Positions 20,928 to 30,122 of a DNA stretch of 64,000 bases are shown here, piece by piece. Origin of the DNA: Tortispora ganteri. Lineage: Eukaryota. How positions within the stretch are numbered: the first letter of the stretch is position 1; each line of letters starts with the position of its first letter. The position numbers and the translations under genes were made by a program. The notes under the pieces were generated by a model, which saw nothing but the letters and a program-made list of their open reading frames with translations, was not told the origin of the DNA and searched no databases. The stretch lies in NCBI GenBank assembly GCA_003707115.1, contig PPNB01000002.1, positions 496,001-560,000 on the forward strand, given 5' to 3'.

Positions 20928-22517
20928 CTAAAGGTGGTTGCCGCACAAGTAGGTGACCACGCGTGTAGAGGCAGGCACAGCCCGCTCTTCCTGTTGTAAA
21001 TGCTCGTCAGTAACTAGAGTACAATGAGTGGTCAATTTGTCCACTTCAGCTCTCATAGATCTCTGGAGTTCGGGGTCAGAGGTCATCATTACCACGTTAG
21101 ACTCTAGGTCCAGAGAGTGAGATCGCATGGTGTAATTAGAAGATCCAATCAGCGTGAGAACCGGGTTTTCATCGCCCGCGGTAGCCCATATACCTTTAGC
21201 ATGGTAAGACCATCCGCCTTCTTCATGTACGGTTCCGTTGCGCCATTCCAGCATATCTATGGGCGCATTGTTCTTTTTAATAAGATTGTAAAACTTCTTA
21301 GTCAATTCAAGGTACGCGCCCGCAATGTATCCAGCGGGGCCCCTGGCTCCGAAAAAACCGTTGGCCTCCGGGGCAGCAACGATAACAGTGCCTTGTCCTT
21401 TGGCTTTGAACAACGGGCTAGAATAGTCAGAGTGAACGTTGAAGTATCCTGCGGTTAGCCACCATTTCGGGTTAACAGGAGAGTTCGCAATATAGTTGGA
21501 GAGAGCGACAATAGCAGGATGTTCTGTAGACAATTGTTGATCAAGTATAGGAGTAAGCTGCGAAATAGGATACACAACAGTAACCGCTTCATTGGGACGT
21601 ACATCCTGATGATGAGTGTGAGAGCGCGGTCCTAGGAGTCTGGCCATGGCAAGAGTAGCTGCCGCTTTATAATTGGCAGCATCATGAACGGGGTTAGGAG
21701 CAATGTTAGTATCAGGCCATACCACATCAAAGACATTTTCGTCTGAAGGTTGGCAATCAAATGATAAATCCATTAAAGTTTTCTGCATATCGTGATAGTA
21801 ATCAGTTAGCGCGGCAGAATGGAACGTGTAATATCTGTCTTGTCTAATAGTGAAGTAGGCAGTACTCAAATTAGCACCCGATAGTATGACAGTATCATCG
21901 AAGCCGTATGCTTTCTGATGTTGAACACCTTTGCCTTCCCAGAAAAGTCTTGGCAGGAACTTCTTGCTAAGCCCGGAAAGATTCGGGGTATGGTAGAGAC
22001 GCACTGCGACTCTGTCGGGAAACTCGCGAACCAGCGGAATTAGCAATGATGCAGAGCAGGGGCCTTTAGGATGTTCTCTGGTTCCACGAAGCGCATCGAT
22101 TAGGATAGTGACTTGCAGTTCGCGATTTTTAAGGAGGGCATCACGCAAGCAGTTGACAAGTTCGTGTTGGCTAGGGCCAATATAGAGTGTTGATAAGAAA
22201 ATGCGCCGCTTAGCGGTAGATATTTTTTGTTTTAGTGTCTCATAAAAATCGGCCGGCAGCGAAATGATTTCGACCTGGCCCTTGCCTAAGAAAAACTTCG
22301 GTGCAAGGTTGTCGAGATATCGCATAAGCGGATGCACATAAGAGTTGATGGAAATGGTACCAGCATGATGAGCAGATTGCTGTTTTTGAGTAATAACTTG
22401 TGCAGTTGACATAATATTAGGAGATTTAGTGGATGAATAGCGATAATTGTGGTTGTATTGACAGTATGAAGAAATGCGCAAGAACTTCGACTTAAGGCGC
22501 GCGGGTCGATGTAGCAT
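20928..22517 (-). CDS. PGS1: Mitochondrial phosphatidylglycerolphosphate synthase
   Basis: Arg/Ser-rich presequence; RIFLSTLYIG and LIDALRGTR; two HK motifs (QHQKAYGFD...SGANLS and YHAKGIW...IGSSNY). Confidence 0.95.
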   Translation of the reverse strand: MLHRPARLKSKFLRISSYCQYNHNYRYSSTKSPNIMSTAQVITQKQQSAHHAGTISINSYVHPLMRYLDNLAPKFFLGKGQVEIISLPADFYETLKQKISTAKRRIFLSTLYIGPSQHELVNCLRDALLKNRELQVTILIDALRGTREHPKGPCSASLLIPLVREFPDRVAVRLYHTPNLSGLSKKFLPRLFWEGKGVQHQKAYGFDDTVILSGANLSTAYFTIRQDRYYTFHSAALTDYYHDMQKTLMDLSFDCQPSDENVFDVVWPDTNIAPNPVHDAANYKAAATLAMARLLGPRSHTHHQDVRPNEAVTVVYPISQLTPILDQQLSTEHPAIVALSNYIANSPVNPKWWLTAGYFNVHSDYSSPLFKAKGQGTVIVAAPEANGFFGARGPAGYIAGAYLELTKKFYNLIKKNNAPIDMLEWRNGTVHEEGGWSYHAKGIWATAGDENPVLTLIGSSNYTMRSHSLDLESNVVMMTSDPELQRSMRAEVDKLTTHCTLVTDEHLQQEERAVPASTRVVTYLCGNHL

Positions 22518-22984
22518 TTATATATACGCGAGTGGGAGGCGATACCGAGTATAATGGCAAAAGGGGAAACTTAGAAACAACACTTATTTAAGAAAAGAGA
22601 CTAAGGCCGGCAACAAATAGCAGAGCGAATTTTGAGAGTTACGACTATAGAGTCAAGAAAAATACAAGAGAAGGGAGGAATGAGTCAAAGCTTATCTGCG
22701 AATATTCAGCTATATCGCGCATTAAACCAATAGGAACATTTGAATGCAAAAATAGAGTGTAAGATAAGGCGGTATAGAGTTTTCATCTATACTACAGTTG
22801 ACCCGAATGGAGGGATCCAAAGCAACTTCCTGTAATAGACTCCGATCGCGATAAGCAAAGGAGCAGCCAAGCAGCCGCAGATTAGATTGCGCCTCAAGTT
22901 GCAATTGGTTCCGAAGAATGCACACTCTTCCGCTGAAAAGGTTGGAGGGAGGGTGGAATAAATAACGACGATGAAAGATAATTT

Positions 22985-23987
22985 AGTTCATTTTAGTCTC
23001 GATTTCAAAACACGTGCGAAAGTTTTGAATAGTCGGTAACATTAAGCGTGCCTTTCTCCGAAACTTTCTATACACTAAATGTCGCTTAGCACATCTTTCA
23101 GGGTGGTTTGAGCAGAAGGAAACTAATATCGAAATAAAGTTCTAACTGCAACTGTCACAGTAGCTTTTATGCGTTGAAAACGCAAAACCCTTTTGCAACT
23201 GAATATCGATCCGCTACCTTTGCGGTTAAAAGCACAAAAGAATAATTCTCAGGTTGAATACTTGATCTGTAGTGTATTGTAAGTGAGTCAAAATCATTGA
23301 AACTCAAAAATGTGCAAGCAAGTTCAAGCGCCATTCGAACCTAACGGCTATAGCGTTAAAAGTTCTATTAGACGGCCTTTGAGTCGTTAAACAAAAAAAT
23401 GGTACTAAAGTACCGGGTTAAATGCGGTACTGGATTGTTTTCAAATTTTAGTTCCACTTTTTGATGTAGAATGATTCTTTAGTTTAAGTCTAGATCAATT
23501 ACTTTGAGATCGCGTGAGCCTAACGACCGTACGGCGCCACCAGAAACAAAGTCGAAGGTAGCAGATCGCAAATTAACGTACTAACTAACGCCTTGCCACT
23601 AAAGATTTCTAAATTTATCTTTTCTTATTAGGGTAGTAATCTTCGACCCTAATTTCAGTTTCATTAAACCGAAACTAACGAGCTGCGCAGACTAATTAGG
23701 TCTGAGTCAGGAAAGGTTAAATTTAGTCGATCGTGTTTAGCGGGGTTAGGATCACATGACTTGATCTAGCTTTGAAAATTTACATACATCAGCTGTCACA
23801 TTTATAGTAATAGTTTCTATTACTATACAATGAAATAAAGTCAGGTCTTCCAGTTGGTTCAATATGTTTGCGGTAGTACTTGTGACAATATACCCAGCGA
23901 ACTCTCACAAGCACCCGCAGCCTTTGAAACTACATTATTGTTGCATGTGAATTATGTACTGAAATAAGATAATGAGATTTTTTGCAA
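22985..23987 (+). ncRNA. ~1 kb structured non-coding RNA, candidate telomerase RNA (TER)
   Basis: No ORF of 60 aa or more. Many nested long-range helices with plus-strand G-U pairs. Pseudoknot at 23158-23240. 5'/3' closure 22988-23007 with 23960-75, directly followed by Sm-like ATTTTTTG 23977-84. Template not confidently identified. Confidence 0.55.
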
Positions 23988-24179
23988 AGTATAACCCTCT
24001 CGAAGTACTTAGTTTTAATACCGTCATTCAGTACAAAATCAGTACAAGGGTGTGTGTTCCTGTTGGAGTAAATTAATACTGCCGGATTAGGGTTTGCAAT
24101 GCCTGCTAAACACACCAATACAATTCACAAAGCACACACTACCGCACGACGTGGTTTTGTAACACCGGAATTGACAGAA

Positions 24180-25161
24180 ATGGGTTATAACGATTTACCG
24201 GTAAGTAAAATAGCTAGATTTTGTGGTATTCTTGTGTATTTATTTTATATATTAAAAGAAACCGCTGCAAGTTTTGAAGGAGTATTGAAACTAACCACTG
24301 CGACTATTATAGGCCTTTGCAACACCAGCACAAGCGTTCGGAAGACGTCAAAGCGGTGACTCTACAAGAAGATCATCGTATGAGCAGCAGCAGTCTGTGA
24401 ATATACCTATCCAGCGAGTTCCTCCGCCACCGGCACCACTTAACAAGAAGATGAGTTCGCCTCTACAAAGTCACACAATATATGCTCAATCGGCGCCGCC
24501 GAATTCTTATTCTAATAGACCTTCACCCCGGCCGTCACAGATGTACGGGTCGATGCCGGCGTGTAGTACGAGCCGATCTCAGAGTCCTGCACAAGTTTCG
24601 CCGCGCAAAGTACTACCACCTATGACTCCGGAAGAGCATGCCGCCATAGTCTCATTATTTGCCAGTGGGGATCAAAATAAAACCGGATTTCTGAAGGACT
24701 CCGAGTTAGCCAAGATTTTAACAAATTATGACTTTTCACGGTTTAACCCGCGGACAGTAAGACTCATGGTGAGAATTTTTGGAAACACTAGGCAGGGCCA
24801 GCTAGATTTTGTTGAGTTTTGTCATCTTTGGCAGTATCTCAACGAATGGAGAAAGGTGTATTCTGAGTCTGATCAGGATAGATCAGGACTTATTTCGTAT
24901 GAAGAGTTTCGCAATGCGGTTATTCGATTTGGGTTTAGGCTTTCAGATAAGTTTATTACATTGTTATTCCGGACGTTTGCTAGCCGAATGGATCCTCGAA
25001 CAAACAAACCTGCCATTACGTTTGACATGTTCGTTCAGGCTTGCATTACATTACAACGAATGACACAGTTCTTTAAAGACGCCGACGCCGACAATGACGG
25101 GTTCGCTTCTTTTTCAGTTGAGAATTTTATGAGTATTGTGCTTGATCTGACAATTATTTAA
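24180..25161 (+). CDS. PEF1: Penta-EF-hand protein (peflin/ALG-2); exon 1 24180-24200, intron 24201-24312
   Basis: ATG...CCG|GTAAGT donor, ACTAAC at ~24290 and TAG at 24310-12, in frame with the 24397 ORF. Pro/Ser-rich N-terminus; F.EF..LW.Y...W, DQDRSGLI and TFDMFVQAC. Confidence 0.9.
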
Positions 25162-25326
25162 ATAATTGCGTCTTCTGGCTGGTTTTGAGGCAGCGATCGT
25201 CATGCTTTGCCTTGCTTCTTTGGCGAAAGGGGAGGGTATGCGAGCAGCTAATACTCCCAACTTGTACACTGACGCTTTCGTGCAGAAAACGACAAGAAAC
25301 GACGATATTCTGCTATTACATCGAAG

Positions 25327-25650
25327 ATGGGGAAATCACTGCGATCTAAAACAAAAATGAGATTTAAGAACATCAAACGACAGGCTGTATTTGCACCTGC
25401 GGAGGCGGCTAGAGCACAACGATTGGCTCAGAAGGATGAAGCATTGATGAAGGAAAAGCAAGACCAAGATCAAGATAAAATGGCAACAGATGAGGCCGCT
25501 GATGGTACTAAAACCACGCAAGACTCTATGGAAGTGGACACTTTAAGCAGAGAGAAGCGACTATTGAGAAAGAAGAACCGTATTTCAAAAAGTAAGAAAT
25601 CAATTTTGTTCCCGTTCCAGTTGAAAAAATTGAAGAAGAAAAGAAAGTGA
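25327..25650 (+). CDS. Small basic nucleolar pre-60S factor, YBL028C/DUF2423 (LLP-like)
   Basis: N-terminal MGKSLRSK...KR..VF...E.AR.QRLA; Lys-rich C-terminus. Confidence 0.75.
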   Translation: MGKSLRSKTKMRFKNIKRQAVFAPAEAARAQRLAQKDEALMKEKQDQDQDKMATDEAADGTKTTQDSMEVDTLSREKRLLRKKNRISKSKKSILFPFQLKKLKKKRK

Positions 25651-25916
25651 GGATACTGCGCAGTGCCCTGTAAGGCGAGGTACATGACTGGCTATGAATT
25701 CTTGGTTTTTATAAAAGAGAAAACAAAAATAACGCAAGAAGCACTACAGCTAGAATAAACAAATCAAATATAATATAATAGTGCTACATGTGATAAATAT
25801 GGTGCAACCAAGTAAACGGTGCTAGTACCGTTGCCAAGGGAAAAGTTTCTAACACAACTCGAGAGCGCCCGTAGCCGAAAATTCTTGGAAAGCGATAAAT
25901 TTAGAGGTAAAGAACA

Positions 25917-26186
25917 ATGTCAGAACTTGATCCACAAGCGTTAGCTAAATTAGACCAGGAGACTAGACAGGAACTTAGCCAGTGGGCACAGAAGGAGACA
26001 GAAAAGGCACAGCTTCAACAAAATGTGCATAGATTCACTGATATGTGCTGGAAAAAGTGCATTACCGAGCCAGCTACTTCTGGATCGCTTACGTCACAGG
26101 AAGAAAGCTGTATTACTAATTGTCTTAAAAGATTCTTTGATACAAATTCCATGGTTGTACAACTTGTTCAACGCAAAGCTCTTTAA
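25917..26186 (+). CDS. TIM8: Mitochondrial intermembrane-space small Tim chaperone
   Basis: Twin CX3C (CWKKC, CITNC); QQNVHRFT and RFFDT. Confidence 0.92.
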   Translation: MSELDPQALAKLDQETRQELSQWAQKETEKAQLQQNVHRFTDMCWKKCITEPATSGSLTSQEESCITNCLKRFFDTNSMVVQLVQRKAL

Positions 26187-26460
26187 AGTGGACTTTCCAT
26201 TGTATATATTGAAACATGAACATTAGCATTGCTTATTGTAGGGACGGGCTATGATAGTAACTGTAGGGCGTATTATATGAAAAAATGTAGTTATAAAGAC
26301 CGCAGTTAGTGTCTCTTTAGAAATATAAAGGCTGATAGCGGCCCTAAAGGCCAATCGAGTGCGCGAATGGTTGATCACACGATCGCTCAATCGACAGACA
26401 TCGCTATGCATATCCTGCATCACTAAATACGCCGTCTCCAGGACAGCGTGAAATTTTTAG

Positions 26461-26991
26461 CTATATAAACATCGAAAGAATACCGAATATTAAACCTGGG
26501 CTAAGGTTCCATCCGTCTTGGTGGTCTCTCTGGTCTAGCTGTTTCTGTGTAATATAATGCTTCGTATGTTCGACATTGTGTATCTTACTCTTGAGAGACC
26601 GTCTCTTTCTCCCACGTGCAGGCATACCGGCTGATTTGCCGTAGTTATTTTCTGAATCAGAGTCCGAGATATAATCATGCTCGTCGTCGGTAATAATTCT
26701 GGTGGTTTCATCGTCAGACGAATTATCGTCGGTAATAGACTCGTGTCGAGACCAACTTTCAGACGCCGACGGATAGCTACCCTCTAGCGCGCACTGTTCC
26801 TCTGTTATAAGCAAACTGGCGCGTCTTAAGACCGTATCATCGAACTTGAAACTGGTTATTTTCCGCAATGCTGCCATGCTGGGGACTGATTTCGTCGGTC
26901 CCAGCGGTCGTTTGGGCAGGTCGCTATCCGCGATATCGACAATTTGTGAGTATCCCACAAATGACGATGACCTCTTAGGTGTATTAGTCAT
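26461..26991 (-). CDS. Hypothetical Ser/acidic low-complexity protein with hydrophobic C-terminal tail
   Basis: ATG at 26991 (the track uses an upstream TTG), 176 aa. Basophilic kinase sites RRASL and KRSSS; ends LSPGLIFGILSMFI. No recognisable family. Confidence 0.6.
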   Translation of the reverse strand: MTNTPKRSSSFVGYSQIVDIADSDLPKRPLGPTKSVPSMAALRKITSFKFDDTVLRRASLLITEEQCALEGSYPSASESWSRHESITDDNSSDDETTRIITDDEHDYISDSDSENNYGKSAGMPARGRKRRSLKSKIHNVEHTKHYITQKQLDQRDHQDGWNLSPGLIFGILSMFI

Positions 26992-27167
26992 CGTATGAAT
27001 AGTCGACTCGACAACCAATACACTAGTATTAGCAATAACAGAGATGGTTGGGGTGGTCTTTCTGTTACGTTAGTATATATAGTATCTGCGGCTCAGATTT
27101 GTTGGGAGATCTACCCCACATTCCTCATGCGGATTAGCAGAATCTAGATGACTTGCCTGTGTTGACT

Positions 27168-27293
27168 AAGGGAATGATGATTAATGCGTTCAAAATTGAG
27201 CTCATAGCAAGTGTTTTAGTTACTAGTGGCGCACAACCGCAGGTTTCAGTAGAACGTGGTTCCATGTTTGAGACAAAAGACCTAACTGATCTT
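27168..27293 (+). ncRNA. Candidate box C/D snoRNA
   Basis: C box ATGATGA 27174-80; D box CTGA 27286-89; short AAGG/TCTT stem; TATATATA at ~27075. Short segments complementary to 5.8S and to the 18S 3' end. Confidence 0.4.
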
Positions 27294-27382
27294 GCCTGTA
27301 TTTAAGTAACTTTTGTACTTAGTGTAACTGTAGTACCAGATATACACCTCTTTGACAGAACCTACCTCTTTGTATAGCGGCA

Positions 27383-28087
27383 ATGAGCCAGTTAGTGCCG
27401 CTATCCTGTTCATTACTTTATGTTGCGGTTCTATATATAATTCCGCGTATTGATAATGATCCCGTTGCTAATATAAAGCGCCGAAGTGCAGCTGTGTCTC
27501 TAGCAACAGCAGTTTCGCTCTGGATCGCGTCGCGGTACACTTACAACTTAGGTGTCTTAGGGCCAATCGAAGTGATTGTTGTTAAATCCGCTAAAGCGAG
27601 CCTACTTGTTTGCTTGCTATTTATTGAACCGATATGCGAAGGTTTTATAAATGGCAAATTCTCATTTGAACCAATATCATGGGAATCTGCCAAACGGTAC
27701 GTGATCGGCCCAATCACAGAAGAACTAGTTTACAGAGCGTGCATAGTAAAATTCACGTCTATGTGGGTGTCACCGCTTTATTTCGGTATAGCGCATTTGC
27801 ATCATGCCTACGAAATGATATACCGCGAAGGCTATACTGTGTCGTATTCGCTGATCGTATGCAGTGTACAGTTCGTATTCACTACTGTGTTCGGTTGGCT
27901 TGCAGCTGTAATATACACAAATACAGGGTATGTATGGCCTTGCATTGCTGTACACATGATCTGTAATCTGATCGGTCCGCCGAATCTCGCAAAGCGTAGA
28001 ACCCGAATCGGTACTGTCATTGCATACTTTGGCCTGTTTTTGGGAGCAGGTCTGTTCTGGACATTCAAGCCCTTACTATTAACTTAG
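27383..28087 (+). CDS. RCE1: CAAX prenyl protease 2
   Basis: [26 protein letters not shown] and H..CN..G.P. Confidence 0.9.
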   Translation: MSQLVPLSCSLLYVAVLYIIPRIDNDPVANIKRRSAAVSLATAVSLWIASRYTYNLGVLGPIEVIVVKSAKASLLVCLLFIEPICEGFINGKFSFEPISWESAKRYVIGPITEELVYRACIVKFTSMWVSPLYFGIAHLHHAYEMIYREGYTVSYSLIVCSVQFVFTTVFGWLAAVIYTNTGYVWPCIAVHMICNLIGPPNLAKRRTRIGTVIAYFGLFLGAGLFWTFKPLLLT

Positions 28088-29103
28088 TTTGACTCAAGCA
28101 CTTGGTACGATCCTTTAGCAAGTCTGCAGAGTAGTCCCGATATCTGCAATTTAGAATTGACACCTTCCAAGACACGCATATGCACGAATCCTATTTCACG
28201 AATTACTTCTAGTCTGTCAAGTTCTCTCATGGGAATTAGTCTTCCAATTTTGAACATCGTAGAAACAATATCGACCGCACTGTAACCTTTCTGCCAAATT
28301 TGCGTCAGTTTGTCAAGCGCTTCATCTATTCGACGCGCTAGTGCGCTTACCATCATCGCACGGATCTGCATCGGGTGCGGTGCATCAACAATTTTCATTA
28401 CATTTTCATCAGTTATCTGGCCAAACCCAGACCACGTACTTTGCATGTTGTTAATTGCTTGGCGCATATCGCCCTCGGCTGTGAACACTAGTGCATGTAA
28501 TCCGGCATCTGTATAACTGACATTCTCAGCTTTAGCAATCTCCAGTAGCCTAGTGAGCACCTGCTTGTCAGTTGGTTTCGCGTATCGCAGAATAGCACAT
28601 CTCGATTGCAGGGGTTCAATGATTTTGTTCGACTGGTTACACGCAAATGCAAACCGCGTAGAGTTCGAGTATATCTCCATAATGCGCCGCAGAGCCTGCT
28701 GAGCACCAGTAGTCATACTATCAGCCTCATCCAAGATGATTATCTTGTGGCGGCCGGGGTCCAGGTTCACTTTACTCCGCGCAAAACTTTTGATCTGGTT
28801 ACGCACAACATCTATTCCGCGCTCATCACTGGCATTCAACTCTAAAACAGCATCCTTATACTTTTCACCAAGAAGCTGATGTGCTAGTGCTAGTATAGAT
28901 GTCGTCTTTCCAATTCCTGGCATACCAGATATAATCATGTGTGGCATATTACCATCGTTAGCAATTATTTTGAGCCGTTCAATCGTCTCCTCATTGCCAA
29001 CAATATCAGAAAGATACTGCGGTCGGTACTTCTCAACCCATGGTAAGTTAGCATTTGTGATGGTTACGTCGTTATCGCGTTTACTGCTTGATCCTGGCTG
29101 CAT
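28084..29103 (-). CDS. RFC4: Replication factor C small subunit (yeast Rfc4/human RFC2)
   Basis: [43 protein letters not shown] and [10 protein letters not shown]; first ATG at 29103. Confidence 0.95.
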   Translation of the reverse strand: MQPGSSSKRDNDVTITNANLPWVEKYRPQYLSDIVGNEETIERLKIIANDGNMPHMIISGMPGIGKTTSILALAHQLLGEKYKDAVLELNASDERGIDVVRNQIKSFARSKVNLDPGRHKIIILDEADSMTTGAQQALRRIMEIYSNSTRFAFACNQSNKIIEPLQSRCAILRYAKPTDKQVLTRLLEIAKAENVSYTDAGLHALVFTAEGDMRQAINNMQSTWSGFGQITDENVMKIVDAPHPMQIRAMMVSALARRIDEALDKLTQIWQKGYSAVDIVSTMFKIGRLIPMRELDRLEVIREIGFVHMRVLEGVNSKLQISGLLCRLAKGSYQVLESN

Positions 29104-29215
29104 CAAAAGGTCGCGTCAAATGGTAGATTGGTGGTGCGTGTATGCATTAGGGTTTCTACACCCATCTTACACTTACCTCTGGCGCGTCACGTGCGACCAA
29201 AACTACTGATTGACA

Positions 29216-29656
29216 ATGAACGAACAGCCTGTATCGATAAATGCACCTAGCAATGCATCGAGCACTGCATCTACATCCTATTTATCGTCTACGTCATCTT
29301 ATGCGGGTTCGGATGCCGATAGATCGCGAACTTCTGGGACAGAGTACGAGATTCTAGGGGACAAGGTGGCGTCTGCTTTCGATCTGGGCGCACTGGACAA
29401 GACATTAGCATTGCAAGCACGTTCCTCAGGTCGTCTAACGGCATCGTCGAACGAAGTCAAAGATATGTACGAGATGGTTCAAATGCGTTCAAATGCGATT
29501 ATCAAGCGTGTCAATCGCGGGTCAGAAGATGCAAAACTCATAGTAAAGGAACTGAAGCAACTCAGCGATAGGCTCGCCGCACTCGAATCAAAGGCCCGCG
29601 AAAAGTATCCGATCGAACATGCGCTCGTCTACGAAGAATCCAATACCGCTCTATAA
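29216..29656 (+). CDS. KXD1: BLOC-1/BORC subunit, KxDL family
   Basis: Ser-rich N-terminus, LDK.LALQA..SG.L, coiled coil and C-terminal YPIE, resembling fungal Kxd1; ATG at 29216. Confidence 0.7.
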   Translation: MNEQPVSINAPSNASSTASTSYLSSTSSYAGSDADRSRTSGTEYEILGDKVASAFDLGALDKTLALQARSSGRLTASSNEVKDMYEMVQMRSNAIIKRVNRGSEDAKLIVKELKQLSDRLAALESKAREKYPIEHALVYEESNTAL

Positions 29657-29949
29657 GCAATACAGTTATAATTGTTTTAAGACTTTTTTTTTTAAAGTTA
29701 GAAAGCCGCTTGCAAGGATACCTGTATCAATTTCTATCCGGTGGAGCTGGCTGCTAAACAATTTAAGCTCCATCGCGCGACGCAAGCCACACGAGCGCAA
29801 CTGCTGGACAGTGTCGCCGAGACTCTCTAAACGAAACTAATTTATTTAAAACCTATAGTACGGTCTGTGATACAATTATGGCCGTGCTTATGCAATCCAG
29901 CACGGGAACAAGCTTGCCGAGACCTGCCCAATCAGGAAGCTTCTTATAG

Positions 29950-29955
29950 CCGAGG
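29950..29955. promoter_or_regulatory. Possible FarA/Ctf1/Por1-type fatty-acid response element (CCTCGG on the minus strand) upstream of CRC1
   Basis: CCGAGG ~170 nt upstream of a carnitine-carrier gene; only a single hexamer. Confidence 0.35.
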
Positions 29956-30122
29956 ATACGATATGCACCACCTTAATGTACGCGGACTTGACCCCGGGTA
30001 TTGCACAAAACTCTAATTGATTATCTGGGGAAAAAAAACCTGCCTCCGGAGCTACTTAAACACAAGGTTGCCATATATCCTTCCCTTTAATCACTTCGGC
30101 TACTACTCGGTTCGCGCAAAAG

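Noticed and set aside
23050..23239. H/ACA snoRNA reading (hairpin, AAACTA, hairpin, ACA at 23234)
   Set aside because: The second hairpin is branched and has no proper pocket. The pseudoknot reading explains the same bases better, though this reading is not fully excluded.
23333..23341. GGTTCGAAT on the minus strand, like a tRNA T-loop or B box
   Set aside because: No T-stem complement, no cloverleaf, and the B-box terminal C is missing.
23751..23760. ATCACATGAC as CDEI of a point centromere
   Set aside because: No very AT-rich CDEII or CDEIII follows. Similar CACRTG sites occur in ordinary promoters (29186, 39236, 53030), and point centromeres are not expected in this lineage.
22985..24125. 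Identity of the long RNA as U1, U2, U3, RNase P/MRP, SRP or snR30
   Set aside because: Hallmark motifs were not found by eye on either strand: 5' ACUUACC, GUAGUA with U2 context, P4 GAAAGUCC/GGAAAUUC, SRP helix 8, and snR30 m2 AAACCAU.
29171..29177. GTAAGT donor-like site upstream of RFC4 on the minus strand
   Set aside because: No upstream ATG exon is possible without running into KXD1, and RFC4 is complete from 29103.
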